From Candidatus Dojkabacteria bacterium (GTDB lineage: Bacteria; Patescibacteriota; Dojkabacteria; SC72; JAFGCJ01), in the NCBI GenBank assembly GCA_028696915.1, contig JAQVGB010000007.1:1-21840 (forward strand): DNA of 21,840 nucleotides, written 5' to 3'. The notes below the pieces were generated by a model. That model ran no database searches. It saw nothing but the letters and a program-made list of their open reading frames with translations, and was not told the origin of the DNA. Made by a program: the position numbers and the translations under genes. Numbering within the stretch: position 1 is the first letter of the stretch; each line of letters opens with the position of its first letter. This document shows positions 15,234 through 21,840 of the stretch, one piece after another.

Positions 15234-16433
15234 TTAGATGGGCTCTGCAACCGTTTCTTCCAGTACACGTTCGAGATCTTTTGTCTGAGCCTCTATTGAT
15301 TTACTTGCCCAGTCTCGTTCCTGATACATTTTGAGCCCCATCCATGGTTTACCAAGTTCGTCAAGGCAGAGTGCAAGTAGTGCCAGTCGTTCTTCTCGAG
15401 GTGTAGGGGTACTTAATCTTCCTCCCCCACGAATTGCCTTCATTTGATATGTATACGCTGTGTAATCAATATGTAATTGCATAAGAAACTCAAACGTTTT
15501 TTCGTCAATAATTTTATATTCCATCGCTCTTCTCCATAACGCGACAGAGATAGCTTCCTGTTCCATTTGATGACTAGTGACATTATAAAGACCCTGAATT
15601 TCACGAGTTTTATCTAAAAACTCTGAATCTGGTTCAATATCAAATGGATATAACGGTATCCCTTTTTGATCAATACCGTACAATACGTTTCTATGTTGTT
15701 TTTCCAGTTGCGCTATTGTTTCTTTGTATTGGGTTTCTCTTTTTTGAAAATCAGTATCTGACTCACCTAGCTTTCTTACTGGTTCTTTTGGGCGATTGAC
15801 ATCAAGATATCGGTCCCAGAGTTTCCCTGCATCGTGGGTGCCAGCCCAAACAATAAAAGCGCGGCGCTCTTCTTCGGAAATATGCAAAGATTCAAACAAG
15901 TGCCGAGAAAACCGGAATATATTACGACGCACTGCCAGCATGTCCAGTTCTGATTGGGTTAATTGTTCCCATCCGCTTTGATCCAGAATTCTTGAAATAG
16001 TCTCTGATAAGTCGTCCACTGTCGCAACGTATGCCTCACTGTGTCCTTCAATGGGTTGAAAGTAGTGGTATGCTGATGGCGGTATTTCATTTCCAGAAAG
16101 AGCTTGAAAAACAGAAAGAAGTGCTCGCATATGGTCTGTCACATCGTATCCATGAAATGGACACACCTGATCAACCAGTAATCCTCCATCTGGCCTTTTT
16201 CTAAGAGAAACCGTAGATGTAACTAATGCACGACGATCGTCTGTTGCTTCAGATCCAACAAGATCAGGATTAGTTTCAATTAGATTAGTAGCATCTACAG
16301 CAAGTCTCGACCAGACAGTTGGTTGATCAAGCTGCCCCATAAGATACCCAATTCCATCACATATCGACTGAGTGCGCGCTTCAATCGCTTGGTTCATAAT
16401 TTCATTACCTTCACCATCTGGAGCATTTGCCAT
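15234..16433 (-). CDS. HD-domain metal-dependent phosphohydrolase-like protein (399 aa from ATG 16433)
   Basis: FSRHLFESLHISEEERRAFIVWAGTHDAGK (nt 15822-15902) fits the HD-domain pattern H...(~20 aa)...LHDxGK. The rest of the protein is unassignable by eye. The internal Met (MANAPDG) is preferred as start because it removes the overlap with the divergent kinase gene. Confidence 0.5.
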   Translation of the reverse strand: MANAPDGEGNEIMNQAIEARTQSICDGIGYLMGQLDQPTVWSRLAVDATNLIETNPDLVGSEATDDRRALVTSTVSLRKRPDGGLLVDQVCPFHGYDVTDHMRALLSVFQALSGNEIPPSAYHYFQPIEGHSEAYVATVDDLSETISRILDQSGWEQLTQSELDMLAVRRNIFRFSRHLFESLHISEEERRAFIVWAGTHDAGKLWDRYLDVNRPKEPVRKLGESDTDFQKRETQYKETIAQLEKQHRNVLYGIDQKGIPLYPFDIEPDSEFLDKTREIQGLYNVTSHQMEQEAISVALWRRAMEYKIIDEKTFEFLMQLHIDYTAYTYQMKAIRGGGRLSTPTPREERLALLALCLDELGKPWMGLKMYQERDWASKSIEAQTKDLERVLEETVAEPI

Positions 16434-16446
16434 ATGAGACAATTTC

Positions 16447-16474
16447 TTGTAAAAACTGTGATACCTGCTATTAT
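16447..16474 (+). promoter_or_regulatory. Candidate promoter in the 74-nt divergent intergenic region, oriented toward the kinase gene
   Basis: TTGTAA (16447-16452), 16 nt spacer, TATTAT (16469-16474). Confidence 0.3.
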
Positions 16475-16507
16475 AGTAATCACATAAGTAAAAAACAAGC
16501 ATGTATT

Positions 16508-17458
16508 ATGAATAATCTTTCCTTTGGTGATGTCGTCCAGAAGCTCCAGGAGGATTACGCGGATCTTCAGAAATACGACCTAACGGTACAAAAGCAATTT
16601 GTTTCAAAAACAGGACGTAAGTACAATACTTTTCTTGTTGATGCACCTGATTCCCCATATGGTATATTTGTAGCCAAAAGCTTTTGGCATGAGAACCAGA
16701 ACCTTGATGATGAAGTTCGCATTATGAATTTTCTCTCTGATAAAGAGGTATTTGTGCCAAAGCTGTTGTTTCCATACAAAGCAGGGAATACGTTTATTGT
16801 GATGGAATATATCAAAGGAACTGATGCTGCGGAATTGCTTCAAAATCCAGAACATGCACTAAATGCATTTAGAAGTATTGGTACATCCTTGAGTAAAGTA
16901 TATGAAGTGTCTGTCCCGGCTTTTAACAAATTCTGGGAAAACGATCCAACAGTATGGTCAGAGTATGTTCAGGAAAAGTTTGATGAACGGTTAACAAAAG
17001 CCATTGATAAAGATCTTTGGGATCAAATTCGGTCGATTTATCAAAAAGGTACAGAAGTTATAGCGGAAGATGCAAAGTCTGGATCAGTTTTGATACACAG
17101 AGATATTTATGCTGACAACTTTATTATTGAAGAGTCGACCGGGCGGGCAATTTTAATTGACTTCGCTATGGCTCGCGGAGGCAGGCCCTTTTATGATCTT
17201 GCCAAGTTTTACATCATCGATCTAGCGAGACATTCTGAAGGTCAAAATGCTTTTCTGGAGGGACTGAATATTGCTGAAAGAAGTGAAGCAAACTTTTATA
17301 TGCTCCGATCCTATATCCTCATTGAGCTCCTTGGCATGATTAACTTTTATATGAGTATTAATCAAACTGAGCCCTTAAAACACGCACAAACATGTCTGAG
17401 AGAATTAGTAACAGAAAAGGGAAGTTTCCATGAGTTAGTGAAAGCATATGTAACGTAA
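16508..17458 (+). CDS. APH/choline-kinase-family small-molecule kinase (aminoglycoside phosphotransferase fold)
   Basis: Catalytic loop LIHRDIYADNFII (HxDxxxxN), metal-binding ILIDFAMA (the DFG equivalent), and an N-lobe with VAKSF containing a Lys. ATG 16508 (MNNLSFGD) is preferred over the track's TTG at 16427. Confidence 0.75.
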   Translation: MNNLSFGDVVQKLQEDYADLQKYDLTVQKQFVSKTGRKYNTFLVDAPDSPYGIFVAKSFWHENQNLDDEVRIMNFLSDKEVFVPKLLFPYKAGNTFIVMEYIKGTDAAELLQNPEHALNAFRSIGTSLSKVYEVSVPAFNKFWENDPTVWSEYVQEKFDERLTKAIDKDLWDQIRSIYQKGTEVIAEDAKSGSVLIHRDIYADNFIIEESTGRAILIDFAMARGGRPFYDLAKFYIIDLARHSEGQNAFLEGLNIAERSEANFYMLRSYILIELLGMINFYMSINQTEPLKHAQTCLRELVTEKGSFHELVKAYVT

Positions 17459-17566
17459 ACTAACCTTGTCTTATAAAGGATATTTATATCCGGACCTCAA
17501 ACGACAACTCCGGTACCTGCACTTTAATTCTCGCATCCCGCATCACCTCCATTAGAGTTTTGTTCT

Positions 17567-17579
17567 GTCCGCCCCGCCA
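17567..17579 (+). repeat. Solo copy of the tRNA-Asp 3'-terminus 13-mer GTCCGCCCCGCCA
   Basis: Exact 13/13 match in the same orientation, located in the 165-nt gap between the kinase gene and ORF374. It has no alpha or beta body upstream. Confidence 0.9.
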
Positions 17580-17623
17580 GCCTCTTTTCGGTCATCTGTT
17601 AAAAGCCAACAAACATTGATATA

Positions 17624-18748
17624 TTGATAGAGTTAAATTCGGCTTTGCAGTTGATGTCTGGAGAATCACCAGTGCATGATGATGTACTAGCCCCCGCTGG
17701 TGTTGCGGATGTAGCAGATCCGTTACCCCAAGATCCCGATTTTCAGCGTCTTCATGCACAGTATCTAGAGTATCTACAAAACGAGCCTGTTACCAAGGTA
17801 AAGCTTCCGCTATACCACGGAACTGGCTCATATGCACTGAGACGGATCTTGCATGATGGATTTGTCCCACGCTCTTCCAGTGCGTCATTGACGGGAGATA
17901 GTGCTTCAAGCCCCTGGACACCGGAAGAGGGATCCGCGTTCACGTCATTTGCACCGGGTACTTCTGAAGGAGCCGTCTTTGCACGGGGGTATGCATACCA
18001 ATCAAGTAGAGAGTGGGGATTAAGCTACACGGCAGATGAAGCTCTAGGTGCTTCGTTTCTTGAGCGAGTGCAAACCAAATTCTTTCCAGATATGAATGCG
18101 GCAGTGGAAGCTGAGCACAAGCGTGTTATTGGCCTAGGTAACAATGATCCTGAAGATGAAGTTCGTGAGGCTATTAAAATGGAGATGGACATTCAGAGGG
18201 AGCGGATGCAAACCCCTGGAGCTTTCGTATTCAGTCCCGATTCTGCTCGAGAGATGATAGGTGAATTACAGAGGCTTCAAAATGGAGAGATTGAAGATAC
18301 TGTTGCTGCAGAGAGACTGTTAAGGGCAAACAACGTCCTCTGGCGACGAGGGGCTAGCGTTGTTAGACAGACCTTGCAAACGCTATCTGATCCGCAGAGT
18401 TGGCTTACAAAACGAATAGAGGAACTTAAGGCTTCATATGCCCAGATGATTATAGCGTATGAGAATTTGTCAGATGATGAACGAAATGAGCTGGAACACC
18501 AATTTCCCTGCATGGTCTTGGTAGAAGGTGATGGTATGAAGCTCGGGAATAAGGCAACGGCCTTTGTCCCCGAAGTTCAGGCGCTAGAAAGAACCGAACC
18601 GCAGAGGGTAAGAGAGATTTCGGTGCCAGAGTCAAAAGTGGAAACGGTACAGAAGTGGATCGAGGCTGAAGGACTAAAAGGTGTTATAGTTACCCCTCTG
18701 GAGTTTTCAGAAGTTAAGGATGTTCTTGATTCTGTCGAAAAGGAATAG
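17624..18748 (+). CDS. Hypothetical protein with a PARP/ADP-ribosyltransferase-like N-terminal NAD-binding motif (tentative)
   Basis: LPLYHGTGSYALRRILHDGFVP (nt 17804-17869) resembles the ART/PARP/Tpt1 motif hhHG(S/T)x7-8ILxxG(F/L). A possible second-strand motif is EGAVFARGYAYQSS (compare GxGxYFA..S.S). The central region is helical and charged. The start is TTG 17624 or ATG 17654. Confidence 0.35.
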   Translation: MIELNSALQLMSGESPVHDDVLAPAGVADVADPLPQDPDFQRLHAQYLEYLQNEPVTKVKLPLYHGTGSYALRRILHDGFVPRSSSASLTGDSASSPWTPEEGSAFTSFAPGTSEGAVFARGYAYQSSREWGLSYTADEALGASFLERVQTKFFPDMNAAVEAEHKRVIGLGNNDPEDEVREAIKMEMDIQRERMQTPGAFVFSPDSAREMIGELQRLQNGEIEDTVAAERLLRANNVLWRRGASVVRQTLQTLSDPQSWLTKRIEELKASYAQMIIAYENLSDDERNELEHQFPCMVLVEGDGMKLGNKATAFVPEVQALERTEPQRVREISVPESKVETVQKWIEAEGLKGVIVTPLEFSEVKDVLDSVEKE

Positions 18749-18804
18749 AGGTCGATGAAGGTTTGAGTAGCCATAGATCTCCAAACTCGTCCCATGCCTT
18801 CCGC

Positions 18805-18822
18805 CAGCAGCGCTTTCTGCTG
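18805..18822 (+). other. Perfect 6-bp hairpin downstream of ORF374
   Basis: CAGCAG-cgcttt-CTGCTG has no T tract. It immediately follows a degenerate 13-mer-like string, GTCCCATGCCTTCCGCCAG (18789-18807). Confidence 0.35.
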
Positions 18823-18848
18823 ACTCCTCCATACGCTATACTTGCTTC

Positions 18849-19295
18849 ATGTATCAGATTCCGGAGGACAAGGGATTCCTCATAGCAGTAAAAGCACTAA
18901 TAATCAACTCGTCAGGTGAAGTTCTTCTCCTTAAAGTGAATAGTGGCCTGCGTGATTCAGAGAGATGGGATCTACCCGGCGGTTTAATGGAATATGACGA
19001 TACGGTTGAGAGCAGATTACAGAAAGAAGTGATTGAGGAAACCGGCATTAAAATCAAAGATCCGAAGCTAATTGCTGTTTCTGAAACGATATTTGAAGAT
19101 TTCGTTCTTGACGAAAATAACGTAAAAGACATGAAAGTTGTAGTTATTGGTTTTGAATTGCATATAGGCGCAACAAAGGAGACTATCAGATTATCAGAGG
19201 AACATGCAGGTTATGCTTGGTATAGAATGGAAGATTTGAATACCATTGAGCTCTCCAAACCTTCCAAGGCAATCATCACAAAGATTCCTAAGTAA
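18849..19295 (+). CDS. Nudix hydrolase
   Basis: Nudix box G-LMEYD-D-TVESRLQ-KEVIEETGI (nt 18978-19049) fits Gx5Ex7REUxEExGU with conservative E-to-D and R-to-K changes. Length is 148 aa. TATACT lies 6 nt before the ATG. Confidence 0.8.
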   Translation: MYQIPEDKGFLIAVKALIINSSGEVLLLKVNSGLRDSERWDLPGGLMEYDDTVESRLQKEVIEETGIKIKDPKLIAVSETIFEDFVLDENNVKDMKVVVIGFELHIGATKETIRLSEEHAGYAWYRMEDLNTIELSKPSKAIITKIPK

Positions 19296-19301
19296 CATCG
19301 T

Positions 19302-19329
19302 CTCGGTTCGATACTGTGCCACGCGGCCA
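19302..19329 (+). other. Fragment resembling a different tRNA 3' end (T-loop to CCA)
   Basis: CTCGG-TTCGATA-CTGTG-CCACGCG-G-CCA has exactly the T-loop-to-CCA spacing of a tRNA. It is followed by GTAGGCAA, the same octamer that follows the tRNA-Asp 3' end. There is no 5' half, and the T stem pairs at only 4 of 5 positions. Confidence 0.5.
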
Positions 19330-19331
19330 GT

Positions 19332-19359
19332 AGGCAAAAGCACGCAGCTTTTGTATCCT
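19332..19359 (+). other. Hairpin analogous to the alpha-module hairpin
   Basis: AGG-CAAAAGC-acgca-GCTTTTG-tat-CCT then CG. It has the same flanks (GTAGGCAA...TTTTGT..CCTCG) as 11613-11659 but a different stem and loop sequence. Confidence 0.5.
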
Positions 19360-19381
19360 CGAGCAATGTGAAGTCAATATC

Positions 19382-20710
19382 TCATAGGTTAACCGTCACG
19401 TCATCCGGTTCAATATCTCCACACATTGCCAAATACCAGGAATTGCTTCCAAAATACTTTTGCGCAGCCCGTTGTGTCGCCTCTGGAGTACAACGTAATA
19501 TAGCCTCTGAGTATGCTTTAATTCCGAAGGGGCCTCCTACACCTCTTTCCCAGTCTGAGTATTGTTCAACCCAACTCCTGGAATCTTGAAGGCGCATTCT
19601 TAATGATTTAATCTTCCTCGTCTGCCCGAATACTAACTCTTCTTGCGAAAGGCCACTGGTAACGACGCGTCTGATTTCTCCGGCAAGAACATCAAGCACC
19701 TCCTGCACATTTTGCCTTGAAGTCGAAGTTTTAATAAGAAATCGCCCTGAGTCGCTATTTCTTTGAGCACCAGCACTTGCCTCATAGGTCAGTCCTCTTT
19801 CATATCTTAGTAAGCGTTTTAACGAAGATGCCCTTCCTCCTCCGAGCGATTCTGCAATCATTTCTAACGCCAGGTTGTCTGCCTCGCTACTAGTTTGAAA
19901 TCTAAATCCGAAAAGAATATGAACTTGTTCAAGACCAGGATATCTTTCCACAAGAATCTGCCCTCCGATAGGTAGAGGCAATTCTTCGGCGGCTTTCAGA
20001 GGAACGCTTGCTGGGACCAATAAACTCTGCTCTGCGTGATCTTTTAGATCGTGAACCTGTGTTCCACCGCAGGCTACAAATAACAGTCGCCCAGATGTTA
20101 CGACTTCTTTGTAGAAACGAATCAAGTCATCTCTTGAAATTGACCTAATTGATTCCGGGGTTCCAAGAATCGATCTTCCAAGATCTGTCCCTCCAAAGAA
20201 AAGCCGTGGATACAACTCCATGAGCATTTTTTCTGGACTTGATACTTTTGCTCCGAGTTCTCGTAAAATTGCCCCTCTTTCCATCTCCACTGTTCGAGGA
20301 TCAAACAGTGGATCGAGTAACATTTCGTGCATCAAGTCGACACATACTCCAAGATCGTCAGGATCCGCTACCGTGGAATTGATACTCAACCGTTCCCACC
20401 CGGTTGTTGCGCCAATTTCTCCTCCATAGCGTTCAATGTATGCAGCTAGTCTGTCTTTAGTAGGAAAACGAGGTGTTCCCGCGAGGAGCATGTGCTCAAG
20501 AAAATGTGCTGTTCCTTCTTGTCCCGGTGGATCAAAACGTGCCCCACCAATGGAAACAGCGCGAAGATGAATAGGTGCCCGAGGTCGCTCCAAAACAACC
20601 AGTTTTGAACCATTTGATAGGAACGTTTCCTCCCGTCTCGTTCCCAGGTCTTCAGCAGATAAAGAATTGTGGGTCGGATCGGTATCAACCTCATTGGGTT
20701 TGTCAATCAT
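19382..20710 (-). CDS. M16-family (pitrilysin/insulinase-like) zinc metallopeptidase
   Basis: Inverted zincin motif GTAHFLEHMLL (HxxEH) near the N-terminus, a downstream Glu region (ERGAILRE), and a two-domain length of 442 aa. Confidence 0.85.
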   Translation of the reverse strand: MIDKPNEVDTDPTHNSLSAEDLGTRREETFLSNGSKLVVLERPRAPIHLRAVSIGGARFDPPGQEGTAHFLEHMLLAGTPRFPTKDRLAAYIERYGGEIGATTGWERLSINSTVADPDDLGVCVDLMHEMLLDPLFDPRTVEMERGAILRELGAKVSSPEKMLMELYPRLFFGGTDLGRSILGTPESIRSISRDDLIRFYKEVVTSGRLLFVACGGTQVHDLKDHAEQSLLVPASVPLKAAEELPLPIGGQILVERYPGLEQVHILFGFRFQTSSEADNLALEMIAESLGGGRASSLKRLLRYERGLTYEASAGAQRNSDSGRFLIKTSTSRQNVQEVLDVLAGEIRRVVTSGLSQEELVFGQTRKIKSLRMRLQDSRSWVEQYSDWERGVGGPFGIKAYSEAILRCTPEATQRAAQKYFGSNSWYLAMCGDIEPDDVTVNL

Positions 20711-20717
20711 AAGAATA

Positions 20718-20746
20718 AGTATATGTTAGGTCCTGATTTTTGTCAT
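20718..20746 (-). promoter_or_regulatory. Candidate promoter abutting the M16 start codon
   Basis: On the minus strand: ATGACA (20741-20746), 17 nt spacer, TATACT (20718-20723), then 7 nt to the ATG at 20710. No Shine-Dalgarno. Confidence 0.4.
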
Positions 20747-20818
20747 CCGGCACAGAGAGTTGTACCACTCTCAATCTGAACTTAAATGAAATCACCATAG
20801 CACCAAACTCTTCCCACC

Positions 20819-20898
20819 CCCGTTGTCTGTGGCCAAAGCGATCAGCAACAACGGGCGATCCCGCAATCGCGAAGCGAGCTGAGCGGTCCGCCCCGCCA
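20819..20898 (+). repeat. Junction module beta, copy 2: hairpin, 35-nt body and 13-mer (20886-20898); distal boundary of the island
   Basis: The hairpin is CCCGTTGT-CTG...CAG-ca-ACAACGGG (20819-20855). Its outer 8 bp are the same as copy 1, and its inner pairs differ but still pair. The body 20847-20881 is 35/35 identical to 13805-13839. The module ends in GTCCGCCCCGCCA. Confidence 0.9.
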
Positions 20899-21033
20899 CA
20901 TTTGAATTCATAAATGAAACTATTCAACATCCCATTGCACAATGATGAAGGTAATCTAGTAAGTTGAGATCCCAAATCCATGCCCCGCCTCCCGGCTACA
21001 TGATCTCTCCGCTTTCCTGTACAATCATGCCCT

Positions 21034-21840
21034 ATGCCGTCATTCTGGACAAAGTTACCGCGTCCGTTCTTTGCACTCGCTCCCATGCGGGGCATCACCA
21101 ACGGTGTGTTTCGTACGATCATATCTCAATACGCTCCTCCCGATGTGATTTTCACGGAATTTGCGAATGTTGAGACACTATTCTCTCCCGGCAAGGACGC
21201 AGAAATGGTCAAATTGACACTATCTTCTGCTACATGCCCTGTGGTAGCACAGCTGTGGGGATCGAATCCTGAAAACTTCATGAAATCCGCGAGAATTCTC
21301 TCCCGGCAGGGGTTTAGCGGTATTGATATCAATATGGGCTGCTCAATTAACAAAATTCTGAAGAAAGACTCCTGCGGCGCACTGATTAAAAATCCCAGTC
21401 TCGCACGTGAAATTATCATTGCAACAAAGGAGGGAGCCGCGCCGCTACCGGTCAGTGTGAAAACACGGCTCGGACATGACGCTTTTTCTCCGCAGTGGAT
21501 CGAATGGCTTCTTCAATCGGATATCGATGCGCTGACGATACACGGAAGGACGGTCATTCAGGGCTTTAGGGGAAGTGCAGACTGGACGAGCATCGGCAAG
21601 GCGGTGGAAATCAAAAAACAGCTGGGGGTGTCGACCTGTATTATCGGAAATGGCGATGTGAGGTCCCGAGCACAGGGTGTTGAGCGTGCCCGTGACTATG
21701 AGGTGGACGGCATTATGATCGGCCGTGCGGAGTTGTCAGACCTCTTTGTCTTTTCTTCAAAATCCCGGAACGGTCATGCGCGGGATACACGTCTGCGTAT
21801 CCTCACCGACCACATTGACCGTGTTCTCAAGGAAAAAAGG
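21034..21840 (+). CDS. dus: tRNA-dihydrouridine synthase (N-terminal 269 codons; 3' end outside the window)
   Basis: The gene is not in the ORF track because it runs off the window. Frame 1 is open from 21004 with an ATG at 21034. The translation MPSFWTKLPRPFFALAPMRGITNGVFRTII...VAQLWGSNPENF...GIDINMGCS...VSVKTRLG...LTIHGRT...IIGNGDV...DGIMIGRA shows the Dus TIM-barrel motifs, including catalytic-Cys-region NMGC and FMN-binding K.R/HGR. Confidence 0.85.
   Translation, partial: MPSFWTKLPRPFFALAPMRGITNGVFRTIISQYAPPDVIFTEFANVETLFSPGKDAEMVKLTLSSATCPVVAQLWGSNPENFMKSARILSRQGFSGIDINMGCSINKILKKDSCGALIKNPSLAREIIIATKEGAAPLPVSVKTRLGHDAFSPQWIEWLLQSDIDALTIHGRTVIQGFRGSADWTSIGKAVEIKKQLGVSTCIIGNGDVRSRAQGVERARDYEVDGIMIGRAELSDLFVFSSKSRNGHARDTRLRILTDHIDRVLKEKR

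Larger units (their letters stand above)
11614..20898. mobile_element. tRNA-Asp-anchored accessory island: tandem array of 5-6 mini-cassettes delimited by direct repeats of the tRNA-Asp 3' terminus
   Basis: Five + strand copies of GTCCGCCCCGCCA lie at 11718, 13845, 14927, 17567 and 20886. Junction modules, cassette arms and degenerate tRNA ends recur. Hand-counted GC of single 60-nt lines is 32/60 at 421 (core), 18/60 at 12361 (ABC), 23/60 at 14401 (S51), 19/60 at 15601 (HD), 30/60 at 17701 (ORF374), 19/60 at 19081 (Nudix) and 28/60 at 20401 (M16). Housekeeping genes lie on both sides. Confidence 0.7.

Noticed and set aside
16427-16507. N-terminal extensions of the kinase (TTG 16427) and the HD protein (to 16502) that would make the two divergent genes overlap by 76 nt.
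   Set aside because: The internal ATGs (16508 and 16433) give non-overlapping genes with a sensible 74-nt promoter region. The extensions are Cys/Tyr-rich and look non-native. This is not proven.
11718-20898. Regularly recurring short direct repeat: could it be a CRISPR array?
   Set aside because: The repeat is only 13 nt. The spacers are 1-2.6 kb and contain full-length genes. There is no palindromic CRISPR-type repeat and there are no cas genes.
11614-20898. An integrase, transposase or reverse transcriptase hidden in the island.
   Set aside because: All ORFs of 60 aa or more were read on both strands. None shows R..H..R..Y tyrosine-recombinase, serine-recombinase, DDE or YxDD motifs. A recombinase, if any, must lie outside this window.
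20974-20985. GCCCCGCC string upstream of dus as an additional copy of the 13-mer.
   Set aside because: Only 8 nt match, with no CCA and no GTCC. It is compatible with chance in GC-rich intergenic DNA.
20703-21122. 139-aa minus-strand ORF between the M16 gene and dus.
   Set aside because: It spans the beta junction repeat and the 13-mer and runs antisense into the well-supported dus N-terminus. It has no recognisable motifs and is most likely a GC-driven shadow ORF.

Overview
The window comes from a compact bacterial genome of roughly 50% GC. Gene order and density suggest a streamlined lineage, possibly Patescibacteria-like, but that is inference only. All calls are motif-level reading; no database search was possible.

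Positions 1-11613 are housekeeping:
- Plus strand: ileS (5' end outside the window), a SEDS FtsW/RodA gene, rplU, an embedded RNA-methyltransferase-like gene, rpmA and a SpoU/TrmH methyltransferase.
- Minus strand: parB, parA, lepB, four tRNAs (Glu-UUC, Leu-UAG, Thr-CGU, Gly-CCC), a small zinc-ribbon ORF, a Fic-fold protein with a degenerate active-site motif, and a polytopic membrane protein.
- tRNA-Asp(GUC) lies on the plus strand at 11540-11613.

The main finding is the 9.3 kb between tRNA-Asp and dus (21034 to window end). It is an array of five or six small cassettes of 1-2 genes with clearly different base composition. The cargo is:
- an ABC exporter
- an S51 peptidase
- an HD phosphohydrolase with an APH-like kinase
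- a PARP/ART-like ORF followed by a Nudix hydrolase
- an M16 peptidase

The cassettes are separated by five same-strand copies of the 13-mer GTCCGCCCCGCCA. This is the 3' terminus of tRNA-Asp plus CCA, although the resident gene does not encode CCA. Four junctions share a composite module: a degenerate tRNA end, a long hairpin, a spacer and the 13-mer. Two cassettes share about 165 nt left arms and about 22 nt right ends around unrelated cargo in opposite orientations. No integrase, transposase or reverse transcriptase is visible in the window.

Secondary observations are promoter -10 boxes abutting start codons (leaderless-type expression), a foreign-looking Shine-Dalgarno on one cassette gene, and a second type of tRNA-like 3' end.
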